Shown here in pieces: positions 40,526 through 49,645 of a DNA stretch of 64,000 bases. Origin of the DNA: Hadesarchaea archaeon (GTDB lineage: Archaea > Hadarchaeota > Hadarchaeia > Hadarchaeales > Hadarchaeaceae); contig JAPDJH010000001.1 in assembly GCA_029259175.1 (NCBI GenBank), forward strand, positions 160,001-224,000, given 5' to 3'. Each line of letters starts with the position of its first letter. Position 1 is the stretch's first letter. The translations under genes and the position numbers were made by a program. The notes under the pieces were generated by a model. It was given only the letters and a program-made list of their open reading frames with translations, did no database searches and was not told the origin of the DNA.

Positions 40526-42043
40526 ATGAACCAGAAGGGCGATGAGGTACTAGAGACGGCGCTCCGGCGCGGTTTTATCTGGCCCTCGTTTGAGATCTAT
40601 GGGGGCGCGGCGGGGTTCTACGACTACGGGCCGCTCGGATCGGCGCTGAAAAACAACATCATAGCGGAGTGGCGACGGGTCTTTGTTGTGGAGGAGGGGT
40701 GTCTGGAAATCGACACGCCAACAGTGGTTCCGTTCGAGGTGCTCAAGGCCAGCGGCCATGTCGACCACTTCTTGGATGCAATGGTGGAATGCACGCGGTG
40801 CAAAGGTGCGTTCAAAGCCGTTGATCTGCTGAAAGAACAAGCGGGTGTAGACATGGAGGGCAAGAGTGTGAAAGAGATGAGCAAAGCCATACGGGAACGC
40901 GGGGTAAGGTGTCCTGACTGTGGGGGTGAGCTGGGAGAGGTGTTCGAGTTCAACGCCATGTTCAAGACAGCTGTGGGGCCCGGAAGCAAGCGACAAGCGT
41001 TCCTTAGACCGGAGACCGCGCAAGGAATTTTTGTGGACTTCAGAAGGCTGTACAGGCACGGCCGTGGAAAGCTTCCGCTGGGAGTGGTGCAAATCGGCAG
41101 AGGATATCGGAACGAGATCTCGCCGCGACAGGGGATGATTCGATTGCGTGAATTCACCATGGCGGAGGCGGAGGTCTTTTTTGACCCGAAAAACCCGGTT
41201 CACCCCGGTTTCGAGCGGGTAGCGAGTGAAAGGTTGAGGCTGTGGTTAGCCAAGGACCAGAGCGCGGGTAGCGAGCAAATCACAGAAGTCACAGCAGCAG
41301 ATGCTGTAAGGCAAAAGCTCGTTTGCAATCAGCTCATGGCCTACTATCTGGCGTTGACGGTGCAACTCCTGCGGAGACTGGGGATTCCGGAGAGTGCGGT
41401 TCGGTTTAGGGAGCAGTTGCCGGGCCAGCGGGCCCACTATTCTGTGGAGACGTGGGATGCGGAAGTCCACACACAACGGTACGGATGGATCGAGATCGCG
41501 GGATTCGCGTACAGAACGGACTACGACCTTTCTCGGCACATGCAACACAGCGGAGAAGATCTGACGGCGTTTATCGAGGAGCGCAAGGAGAAAGTGGTCT
41601 GCCATGTGGTCGAGCCCTCGTTCGGGATTGACCGGATATTCTACTGCGTGCTGGAGCACTCGCTCGCGACCGAGGGGAAACGCAAAATCCTCAAGCTGAA
41701 GCCGTACATCGCTCCGATCCAGGCAGGGGTATTCCCGCTGGTGACCAAGGACGGGCTGCCAGAGCGGGCGCGGCAGATCGAGCGAGAGCTGAGAACGGCT
41801 GGACTCAGGGTGGAATACGACGAAAGCGGATCGATTGGGCGCCGCTACGCGCGAGCGGACGAGGTGGGGGTTCCGTTCTGCGTAACAGTGGATCACCAGA
41901 CGCTGGAGGACAACACCGTCACCATACGGGACCGAGACACGGCAAAGCAGGTACGGGTGTCTATTGAAAACCTAGCAGAAGTCCTAAAACGACTGATAGA
42001 AGGAACGCTCAGCATTGAATCGCTAGGCGGCCAAGAAAGTTGA
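40526..42043 (+). CDS. glyS: Glycine--tRNA ligase (alpha2 type)
   Basis: YDYGPLG, LRPETAQG, RNEISPR, EPSFGIDR, IGRRYARADE. Confidence 0.97.
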   Translation: MNQKGDEVLETALRRGFIWPSFEIYGGAAGFYDYGPLGSALKNNIIAEWRRVFVVEEGCLEIDTPTVVPFEVLKASGHVDHFLDAMVECTRCKGAFKAVDLLKEQAGVDMEGKSVKEMSKAIRERGVRCPDCGGELGEVFEFNAMFKTAVGPGSKRQAFLRPETAQGIFVDFRRLYRHGRGKLPLGVVQIGRGYRNEISPRQGMIRLREFTMAEAEVFFDPKNPVHPGFERVASERLRLWLAKDQSAGSEQITEVTAADAVRQKLVCNQLMAYYLALTVQLLRRLGIPESAVRFREQLPGQRAHYSVETWDAEVHTQRYGWIEIAGFAYRTDYDLSRHMQHSGEDLTAFIEERKEKVVCHVVEPSFGIDRIFYCVLEHSLATEGKRKILKLKPYIAPIQAGVFPLVTKDGLPERARQIERELRTAGLRVEYDESGSIGRRYARADEVGVPFCVTVDHQTLEDNTVTIRDRDTAKQVRVSIENLAEVLKRLIEGTLSIESLGGQES

Positions 42044-42991
42044 AAGCAGGGGGAGGACCACGAACAAGAAGAACAGAGTGGGATAGAACATAAGGGCTCC
42101 GTACAGCTTGGTGTCCCGCTTAAAGTTGTGGGCCAAGACCAAGTTGAAAACCGCTGGCGGCATGGATGACTGAAGGAGTGCGGGTTTCGGAGTCAGATCG
42201 CGGGTGATATCGAGGCCCAAGGCCACTATGAACACGTAAGCCAGAACGGGACTGACGACAAATCTGAAGGCGCCGACTGAGAGAAGTTCGTCTTTGTACT
42301 GTTTTGGGCTGGTAATGGTCGTTTGGTATCCTACGAGCAGCAACATGAGGGTGAAAAAAACAGGGGCCACGTATTGATCGAAAGACGTGTAGAGAGAAGA
42401 GGGAAGAGGAGCGCTGAAGACCACGAAGAGCAGTGCCGCTATGAGGGCGAACACTGCTGGAAAGGAGATCACGCTGATGGTCAGGGCGCGGGGCTCGACT
42501 TTCCGCTTGGACAGCAGGGTGAGCAGAACGGTTCCGAGAATCACGTGCGGGATGCCGACACCCATGGCATAGAGAGCTGCTGGACCGAGGGCTGATGATC
42601 CGAGCACGGCATAGATCACGGGGAAGCCGAGATAGGTGACATTCATATAGCCGGAGTTGAGTGCTAAAGCCACTGTGCGCTCACGGCTGTCGCCAACGCG
42701 CTTGGAGATCATGACGGAAACAACAAAGCAAATGCCGGAAACTAGGAAACCGATAGCGAAGGAGTTGCTGAAGCCCAGCACATCCGCGGGAGAGTAACGG
42801 GCGATGGAGAAAAACACAACCACAGGCAGGATAATGATTATCGTGTAGGCGTGGAGAAAACGGAAAAAGCGCGTGACGGGGAGGCGAAGGGTGGGATAGC
42901 GTTGACCGGCCCAGTTGAGACATATGCCAGCTATAACCAGCACTAAAACATAGCTGAGTTTACCTAGGAGCTCGAGCGTGAGTACCCCCAC
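42023..42991 (-). CDS. AEC-family transporter
   Basis: NVTYLGFP, SSMPPAV, multiple transmembrane segments. Confidence 0.85.
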   Translation of the reverse strand: MGVLTLELLGKLSYVLVLVIAGICLNWAGQRYPTLRLPVTRFFRFLHAYTIIIILPVVVFFSIARYSPADVLGFSNSFAIGFLVSGICFVVSVMISKRVGDSRERTVALALNSGYMNVTYLGFPVIYAVLGSSALGPAALYAMGVGIPHVILGTVLLTLLSKRKVEPRALTISVISFPAVFALIAALLFVVFSAPLPSSLYTSFDQYVAPVFFTLMLLLVGYQTTITSPKQYKDELLSVGAFRFVVSPVLAYVFIVALGLDITRDLTPKPALLQSSMPPAVFNLVLAHNFKRDTKLYGALMFYPTLFFLFVVLPLLSTFLAA

Positions 42992-42997
42992 ACCTCT

Positions 42998-44344
42998 CTA
43001 CATGTGCTCCTTTTCAACCTTTTTCAGGGCCTCCTCAAAGATCTCGAGTCCAACGTCTGCTTGTTCTTGAGTCAGAACAAGAGGCGGTGCCAGACGCAAA
43101 GCGCACTGCCCGGCGCCCAGCAGGATGAGACCGCGTTTGAATGACTCGGTAAGCACGGCATTTCGCAAATCGGTTGCCGGTTCTTTGGTTTTGCGGTTCT
43201 TAACGAATTCGATTCCGATCATCATTCCTTTGCCGCGCACGTCTCCGATTATTTCGTGTTTCTCCGCGAGTTCCTCGAAGCGACGGATGAGATATCCGCC
43301 AACACGCTCCGCGTTCTTATCTAGTTTTTCCTGCTCCATGATGTCGAGAACTGCAAGGGCTGCTTTGCAGACCACAGGGTTTCCGCCTAGGGTGTTCTCG
43401 TGGGCTCCCTGCTCCCAGTCCATGAGTTCCGCACGGCAAACGGTTGCACCGCACGGCAATCCGGCTGCTATGGCTTTAGAGAGAGTGATGATGTCTGGCT
43501 CCACATTCCAGTGCTCGCAAGCAAACCAGCGGCCGGTGCGGCAAAAACCAGTTTGCACCTCGTCAGCGACAAAAATGATGTTGTTGTCGCGGCAGAGCTT
43601 CGCAAGAGCTGGCAAATATTCATCGGGAGGTACTATGTATCCGCCTGCTCCTTGGATGGGCTCAACCACCAAGCACGCAAGATCGTCTGGGGGTATCACC
43701 TTCTTGAGCAGAATGTCTTCGATGTACCCCACGCACCAGAGACCGCAGCTGGGGTATTCGAGCTTGAAAGGACACCGGTAGCAATAGGCATAAGGAACGT
43801 GGAAAACGCCTTGCATCATCCCTTTAAAGTGACGGCGGGCAGCCACCGAGGTGGTGGTGAGTTGGAGAGAGCCCATGGTGCGCCCGTGAAAGCCTCCGAT
43901 GAAGCCGATCACGTAGAAATTGCGGGTGTGCCACTGGGAGATCTTGAGAGCAGCTTCTACGGCTTCGGTGCCGGAGTTGCACATGAAAACGCGTTTGGGG
44001 AAATCCCCTGGAGTGAGCTCACAGAGACGTTCCATGAGTTCTACTTGCGGGACTGTGTAAAAGTCACAGCTGTTGACGAAAATGAGCTTGTCACTCTGCT
44101 CCTTGATGGCCTGAACGACCCGGGGATGCTTGTGGCCCACATTGGTGACAGCAATTCCTGATCCGAAATCGAGGAAGATGTTGCCGTCGATGTCCTTCAC
44201 CCACACACCTTCCTCCTCGACACCCACCAGAGGGGCTGTTCGGGTCAGCGACGGCGAGCTGACTTTGTGGTCGCGCTCGATGAAAGCACGGGCTTTCGGG
44301 CCTGGCGGTTCAACCACTATTTTCGGTCGGTTCACCTTTTCCAT
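42998..44344 (-). CDS. Class III PLP aminotransferase (GabT/ArgD-like)
   Basis: SGTEAVE, FHGRT, EPIQG, DEVQTGFCRTG, TLSK. Confidence 0.93.
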   Translation of the reverse strand: MEKVNRPKIVVEPPGPKARAFIERDHKVSSPSLTRTAPLVGVEEEGVWVKDIDGNIFLDFGSGIAVTNVGHKHPRVVQAIKEQSDKLIFVNSCDFYTVPQVELMERLCELTPGDFPKRVFMCNSGTEAVEAALKISQWHTRNFYVIGFIGGFHGRTMGSLQLTTTSVAARRHFKGMMQGVFHVPYAYCYRCPFKLEYPSCGLWCVGYIEDILLKKVIPPDDLACLVVEPIQGAGGYIVPPDEYLPALAKLCRDNNIIFVADEVQTGFCRTGRWFACEHWNVEPDIITLSKAIAAGLPCGATVCRAELMDWEQGAHENTLGGNPVVCKAALAVLDIMEQEKLDKNAERVGGYLIRRFEELAEKHEIIGDVRGKGMMIGIEFVKNRKTKEPATDLRNAVLTESFKRGLILLGAGQCALRLAPPLVLTQEQADVGLEIFEEALKKVEKEHM

Positions 44345-44426
44345 TATACCCTCCGACGGGTTGAAGATATGCGTGTTAATATATATTTTTTCCGACGAAT
44401 TCTCCCTCTTTCTTTTGTTTATTTTG

Positions 44427-44467
44427 AAATATATCTTTTAGTATACATATCTTTAAATATATCTTTT
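44427..44467. promoter_or_regulatory. Three ATATCTTT direct repeats in a divergent promoter
   Basis: AAATATATCTTTT occurs twice with a middle CATATCTTT, at 19- and 12-bp offsets. Confidence 0.5.
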
Positions 44468-44492
44468 CTATTATACGCTTGGAGGAGAGAAA

Positions 44493-45002
44493 ATGAAGCG
44501 GAAAAGAGGAGGAGAAGAATTAATTTTTCAAGAAAAGCCGGTAGCGGCCTTGCTGGTGCTGAAAGAGATAAAAGAAGGTGCGTACCAGACGCTGGTCGCG
44601 AAAAGAGTGAACACCACCTACGCTCACACCGTGAAGATCATGAATGAGCTGGAGCACCTGCGGCTGATCAGGAGCGAACAAGCGGGACGGATGAAGTTCA
44701 TAAAACTCACGGAGCTGGGGCTCGAAGTTGTAGAATCATTGGAAAGGATAAAGCGAATACTCAGACTATGTGAGGTAGCCAGAGAGATCGACGACTTGTA
44801 TGAAAAAGAGGTAAAGGGAAAACTGCGGCAGGAAATAAGAAAAGAGCGGGTTCAAAGAGAAGCAGATAAGCTGAGACGGCGGCTGGAAGAGTTCTTTGAG
44901 GGAGATCCCCAGTTGGCGGTGATCGCGCGAAGACTTAACACCCGGCTAAACGAGGTGTTGAGCGAAGCCATTGGACTGCCGCCCAGTCCAGCGGCCATCT
45001 AA
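44493..45002 (+). CDS. wHTH (MarR-like) transcriptional regulator
   Basis: TTYAHTVKIM..L..GRMKFIKLTELG. Confidence 0.8.
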   Translation: MKRKRGGEELIFQEKPVAALLVLKEIKEGAYQTLVAKRVNTTYAHTVKIMNELEHLRLIRSEQAGRMKFIKLTELGLEVVESLERIKRILRLCEVAREIDDLYEKEVKGKLRQEIRKERVQREADKLRRRLEEFFEGDPQLAVIARRLNTRLNEVLSEAIGLPPSPAAI

Positions 45003-45210
45003 AAAGTTTTAGCAGATCTCCAGCCAGGAGAGTGGTTTATAAAGGATTGAAAAATCCCGCGATGTTTTGGCATTTGAGGGGGACGTATTGCCCCATTCTA
45101 AAACAGACTTAGAAATCAGCGGGGTAAGAACTGACCGAAAAGCGGGGCTGGAAGATAAATTCCAAAACAGTTTTAGAAAGGCTAGGCTGAATTGAGAATA
45201 GGGAAGCAGA

Positions 45211-45504
45211 ATGGCATTGGAGGACGTAGCGAGGCTGCTGAGCCCGAAAACGCCCCAGAACGCGGTGCGGCTGCTGGAGTGCTTCCGCGGTGGTGAACCC
45301 AAAACGAAGGAGGACCTGGTGCGCGAGTCGGGGCTGAGCGAGTCGATGGTGGAGTTCTACCTTACGCGCATGCGGCGGTGGTATATGCTGACGGCTAGGC
45401 GTGAGCGTGGCGGGCGGACGCTGTACGAGCTGAACCCAGAGGCCTTCCACGCACGGATCGACACCCTGCTGGTTGACCCGGTGCGGAACTTGGTGAGGAG
45501 GTAA
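45211..45504 (+). CDS. Small wHTH protein
   Basis: TKEDLVRESGLSESMVEFYL..YELNP. Confidence 0.75.
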   Translation: MALEDVARLLSPKTPQNAVRLLECFRGGEPKTKEDLVRESGLSESMVEFYLTRMRRWYMLTARRERGGRTLYELNPEAFHARIDTLLVDPVRNLVRR

Positions 45505-45554
45505 AGGGAAGAGGTTGAAACTAAACACGCGCGACATATTGTGGGGGTAGAAAA

Positions 45555-45767
45555 ACGGCACAGCTCAGGTGTAAGGTCTGCCACCGCAAGATAAAGGAGG
45601 GTGAAAAATTCTACGTGTGCGGCGAATGCGGCAAGGTCTACTGCGAGGAGTGTGCCGAGAAGAATCCAACGATCAAATCGCTGGGAGTATGCCCGGACTG
45701 CGAGGAGGTCTATGAAACTGAGGAGGACTACTGGGGCTGGGGTGGCGAGGAGTTTGAGGAGTGGTAA
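45555..45767 (+). CDS. Four-CxxC zinc-finger protein with acidic Trp-rich tail; no canonical start (ACG)
   Basis: TAQLRCKVC..YVCGECGKVYCEEC..GVCPDC..EEDYWGWGGEEFEEW*. Confidence 0.6.
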   Translation, partial: TAQLRCKVCHRKIKEGEKFYVCGECGKVYCEECAEKNPTIKSLGVCPDCEEVYETEEDYWGWGGEEFEEW

Positions 45768-45916
45768 TAGGACTGGAGACCAGAAATAGAGCCGGGGAGA
45801 GGAAGCGTCCGAAGAAGGGGTGGCTCACGGTTGGCAGGGAGGGGAGAGAGCTACGGGACTGGAGGCTGATCCGGAAGAGCGTGCGGCTCGGCTCTTACGA
45901 CGACGAGGAAGGATAA
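45761..45916 (+). CDS. 51-aa hypothetical microprotein
   Basis: GTG start overlapping the previous stop, preceded by GAGGA. Confidence 0.4.
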   Translation: MVIGLETRNRAGERKRPKKGWLTVGREGRELRDWRLIRKSVRLGSYDDEEG

Positions 45917-45967
45917 AAACACCTCACAGCTCGGGAAGGGTACTCTTGCGGTCGGCTGAAGCGACCG

Positions 45968-46108
45968 TTAATCGCTGGCACCGAAGATCATGAAGAGGAA
46001 AGCCACCAAGAGCACCGCTATCACGAACCACAGCGCGACGAGCGACACAAGGCCGATAGCGGCGGCTTTTAGGACTCTCAGCAGGGTTCGCTTCCGCCTG
46101 CTCCTCAT
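45968..46108 (-). CDS. 46-aa single-pass membrane microprotein
   Basis: MRSRRKRTLLRVLKAAAIGLVSLVALWFVIAVLLVAFLFMIFGASD*; GGAGG upstream. Confidence 0.55.
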   Translation of the reverse strand: MRSRRKRTLLRVLKAAAIGLVSLVALWFVIAVLLVAFLFMIFGASD

Positions 46109-46475
46109 CGATTAGCCCTCCTCCCTTGGCTCGGACTCGGGTGGTTGCCCCCGATGCTCCTCGTCGACGCGCGGCTGCTGGTCAAGGTTGTGGAAGAGGT
46201 GAGAGAGGTGTTCAACCGGGAACGGATCGGCGTCCACCGCGAAATTTCGGGGCTCGGGTGCGGATGGAAGCACCAGCACCGCGGCCCTCACCTCCAGCAG
46301 CAAACACAAGACCTCCATTTTTATCTCCTCCATTATGGGTGCGAGTTATTGACATTTCGGACTTGACGGCTCGCCATGTTTTTTGTTGGTCAGATATGGT
46401 CTCTAGCTTCCCCTCTCCAAGGGTTTGACATCGCTTACAAACAACCTGATAGGGATAGCACGTGTCTTTAAAATC

Positions 46476-46507
46476 AACCTAACTTATATAAATTTATAAG
46501 TTGGGTT
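46476..46507. promoter_or_regulatory. Inverted-repeat operator overlapping the AbiE promoter
   Basis: AACCTAACTTATA-taaatt-TATAAGTTGGGTT (12/13 paired), 15 bp upstream of the ATG. Confidence 0.7.
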
Positions 46508-46521
46508 AATCAACGAGGAAG

Positions 46522-47172
46522 ATGGAGAAAAAAAAGATACCGCTCCACTTGAAAATCAGGCGTCGGTTCCACCGCGAGATCGCCTGGGCCCAAGATGTCA
46601 TAGTAGAAGTGCTTTACTCCGTCTTCCCGCGGGCGGTTCTACACGGTGGAACAGCCATATGGCGGTGCTACGGCGGAAACCGGTTTTCGGAGGACCTAGA
46701 CGTGTACCTCGAGAAAAGAATTGAAAAAGTAAACCAACTCTTCGACGAAATCAAGAGAAGAGGATTCGAGATTCAAAAGCGTAGGGTGAAGGAAAGCTCC
46801 CTGTTCTCCACGCTCCAGTTGGGAGGTGCTCGAGTTAGGCTCGAGGGGCTTTTTAAACGGGTGGGCGGGGTGCTACGCGAGTACGAAACGTGTGAAGGAA
46901 ATCTGCTCACGGTTTATGCGCTGAGCCCCGAGAAGTTGCTTGAGGAGAAAGTGGAGGCATACCTAGCAAGATACAAAGTCCGCGACCTATACGACGCCTT
47001 TTTCCTGCTGAGGCTCGTGGAGAAATCGAAAAACACCGTTTCAGCAGTTTCGAAGATGATCAAAGGTTTCCGGACGCCCGTGGATGAAAAGGAGCTCAAA
47101 ACGGTGGTGCTTTACGGAGCCGTCCCGAGTGCTCGGGAGATGTTTGAATACATGAAGAGGTGGGTCAAGTGA
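46522..47172 (+). CDS. AbiEii-family nucleotidyltransferase toxin
   Basis: GGTAI..RFSEDLD, EKVEA..RDLYD. Confidence 0.92.
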   Translation: MEKKKIPLHLKIRRRFHREIAWAQDVIVEVLYSVFPRAVLHGGTAIWRCYGGNRFSEDLDVYLEKRIEKVNQLFDEIKRRGFEIQKRRVKESSLFSTLQLGGARVRLEGLFKRVGGVLREYETCEGNLLTVYALSPEKLLEEKVEAYLARYKVRDLYDAFFLLRLVEKSKNTVSAVSKMIKGFRTPVDEKELKTVVLYGAVPSAREMFEYMKRWVK

Positions 47173-47759
47173 AGGGGGAAACCATCCGGCGAGTCAGGGA
47201 GCTATTACGGGAATCCCCGGTGGTTCACATTGCGTCTGTTTCACGGCTGGTGAAGAGCACAGGATATGCCTATCTGCTGATGAACTACCTCGTAAAACGG
47301 GGGGAAGCGAGACGGATCACGCGGGGGTTTTACACCATCCATGAAGATCCGGCTTTGCTCGTATACTGTCTGAAGCCCGCGTACTTGGGTCTCCAAGACG
47401 CGATGAGTGTGCACGGCCTCTGGGAACAGGAAACGGTTCCAGTAGTGATCACGTGTCGCAAGGTCAGGAGCGGGCTGAGAACCGTGATGGGGCAGAACGT
47501 GGTGATCAGGCGGATTTCGAAGCGATACTTTTTCGGGTATGACTATGTGGAGCGAGGAGGGTTTCACCTTCCGGTGAGTGATGTGGAAAAGACGCTCATC
47601 GACCTCGTGCACTTCGGGGAGATGAGGCCAGAACTGGCGGAGGAGTTCCGGGTGCGGGTAAACCGCGAGAGGCTCCGGACCTACCTGTGCGCGTATCCAG
47701 AGCGGGTGAAGCGGGAGGTCTGGAGACTGCTGAGTGGCCGCATGGAGAGTCAGACCTAA
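47169..47759 (+). CDS. AbiEi-family antitoxin
   Basis: RITRGFY, PAYLGLQDAMSVHG, VSDVEKTLID; GTGA overlap with the toxin stop. Confidence 0.85.
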   Translation: MKGETIRRVRELLRESPVVHIASVSRLVKSTGYAYLLMNYLVKRGEARRITRGFYTIHEDPALLVYCLKPAYLGLQDAMSVHGLWEQETVPVVITCRKVRSGLRTVMGQNVVIRRISKRYFFGYDYVERGGFHLPVSDVEKTLIDLVHFGEMRPELAEEFRVRVNRERLRTYLCAYPERVKREVWRLLSGRMESQT

Positions 47760-48070
47760 GGGGAGTTCATCTGGGCATTTCGTTCACATCTAGCGCCTTA
47801 TCTAACCACATTAGAGGAGGTTCCGTGTAGGGGGAAACTTTATGGGAAAATTTTCCCCCTGTGTGGGCACGAACCAGAATTCTCTTGGTGCCTCGGAGGT
47901 TTTTATGTCCCCCACACAGATCGCCCACCTGCGAGGCGCACGGTTCTCTCACTAAAGCGGTGGTTCAGCAGGGAACAGGAGAAATCGGTTGTCTCAGCTC
48001 ACCTCTCGTTTCTTGTTTCCGCGTATTAGCATGATGTGATGTGGTATGTTTACAAATGCACCTGCATAAC

Positions 48071-48260
48071 GTGAAAGTCCGAGATTTGGCAACCCGGAAT
48101 CGCTGATGGGGAGGTAAACAGGAAGCCAGGGCATGCTTGAAGCGGTTTTTCCGAAAACGCTTCCTACTCTACCGGCTGTTTCCGAGCACCCATGAAAACC
48201 TCATCGTGCGCGGCCCGCGGCAGGTCGGGAAAACCGAGTTCTCTGCAAGTCCATTCCGAG
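48071..48260 (+). pseudogene. AAA_14-type ATPase N-terminal remnant
   Basis: DLATRNR*W (NPWW-like motif with a stop), then frameshifted GPRQVGKT; truncated. Confidence 0.6.
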
Positions 48261-48308
48261 CTTCCTGCTCGTGCTTCGAGTGCCAGACAAGCTCTCACTT
48301 GGAAAAAT

Positions 48309-49199
48309 CTACGCTCTAATGCTAAAGAAACCCATGCCGAACGAGGCTTTCGCGCCCGCTCCCAGCACCTCGCCCACGCGCAGCAGCCAGCGCGCGCTCT
48401 CATCCAGCTCGTCGAACTCGTAGCGGGCGATCCCCGTCCACGCCCAGAACTCACGGCGTCCCGAGCGCTTGGAATAGCCAACGAGACGGTGGCGGTGGCG
48501 GGCCACGGGTTCGACCGTTCCGCTGCACGAGAACCCGGGCACGCTCTCACCGGTGCCGTACTCGTTGACATAGAGAACCAGACGACGGCGGATCATGCGG
48601 AGAAGGTGCTCTGGCTTCGGTGGAAACTCGCGAGGGCAGTCGATGGGGGTGCGGAACCCGATTTCGAACTCGCTCCCGCGAACGGGTGTGAGTTTTCTCA
48701 TATCCACTGGCTCGAGGTTGCCCGGGTAGATGGTGCCGCCGTCGAATACTGGTTTGCCCGAGTGCTCACACACGGCGCGCTCTACCTCGAAGCGGTTTTT
48801 GCCGTGGTAGCGGGCCTCGCCCAAGCCGTGCGAGCCGAACTGTTGCAGAGCCAAGAGCACGTGGGGGAGATTGCGAAGGAAATTGCCGAACATCAGCAGT
48901 TTGAGTTCAAGCTGACCTTCGCGTTCAAAGGTGAGGGGCTTGCCGAAGAAAGGAGGAACCATGATAATCGGTCTAGGTGGTGCCGAGCGCCCGCGCTTCG
49001 CGTACGGACGCTCATAGGTCTGATAGTACAGGCACTCCGCCGCGCGTTCACAGTCGGCGCACTCGTGCATCGGACGGAAGCACACGATGCGGCGGAGGTG
49101 TTGACCCAAGCCACCCCGAAAGGCCGAACCGAGCCAGCGCGGAAGTTCGGCCTCGCCGAAGCGCAGGGTGAGCTGGAGGCTGGCGAGCTGGAGCACCAA
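48309..49199 (-). CDS. cas6: Cas6 crRNA-processing endoribonuclease, Cys-rich variant
   Basis: GSAFRGGLG, C..ECADC..C, G-rich loop GAGAKASFGMG. Confidence 0.92.
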   Translation of the reverse strand: MVLQLASLQLTLRFGEAELPRWLGSAFRGGLGQHLRRIVCFRPMHECADCERAAECLYYQTYERPYAKRGRSAPPRPIIMVPPFFGKPLTFEREGQLELKLLMFGNFLRNLPHVLLALQQFGSHGLGEARYHGKNRFEVERAVCEHSGKPVFDGGTIYPGNLEPVDMRKLTPVRGSEFEIGFRTPIDCPREFPPKPEHLLRMIRRRLVLYVNEYGTGESVPGFSCSGTVEPVARHRHRLVGYSKRSGRREFWAWTGIARYEFDELDESARWLLRVGEVLGAGAKASFGMGFFSIRA

Positions 49200-49309
49200 G
49201 ATAATCCTCCTAACAAAATTGTATTCAGAAAAATGGTTTAATCTTTCTAGCATACTTGTTTGTCGGGATAATTTTTTTAAGTTATTGGAAAGAAGAGGTT
49301 TTGATCTTA

Positions 49310-49645
49310 ATGGAAAAAGAAAAATTCACCATTGATAAAGTTTATAGCTGGGCCTATGCGACGGCCTCAACAATCCTTGAAAAAAGAAAAGAAGATGGTA
49401 CCGAACTCATAAGAAGACTTGTTTTCGCGATACGAGGAGAAGAAACTCCGGGACGTTTTTTGGACAAGCTTGCAACCACACTCATAGAATATCGAACCAA
49501 CAGGGCCTATGAATTACCTGTAAGTATTCCGAAGTTCTTAACAACAACAAGTCTCATAGGAGATATCTTTCACTATGTTCGAGCAGCAATTTTAGCTGGT
49601 TTACTTGATGCTATGGCCTCGAGACAAGGAGGGAAAGCAACGTGA
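49310..49645 (+). CDS. Probable Cascade small subunit (Cas11/Csa5-like)
   Basis: 111-aa helical protein directly upstream of cas7, with GTGA overlap. Confidence 0.65.
   Translation: MEKEKFTIDKVYSWAYATASTILEKRKEDGTELIRRLVFAIRGEETPGRFLDKLATTLIEYRTNRAYELPVSIPKFLTTTSLIGDIFHYVRAAILAGLLDAMASRQGGKAT

Noticed and set aside
47830-47859. GGGGGAAA..TTTCCCCC inverted repeat as an IS or MITE end
   Set aside because: It is a single short hairpin with no transposase, partner end or target duplication.
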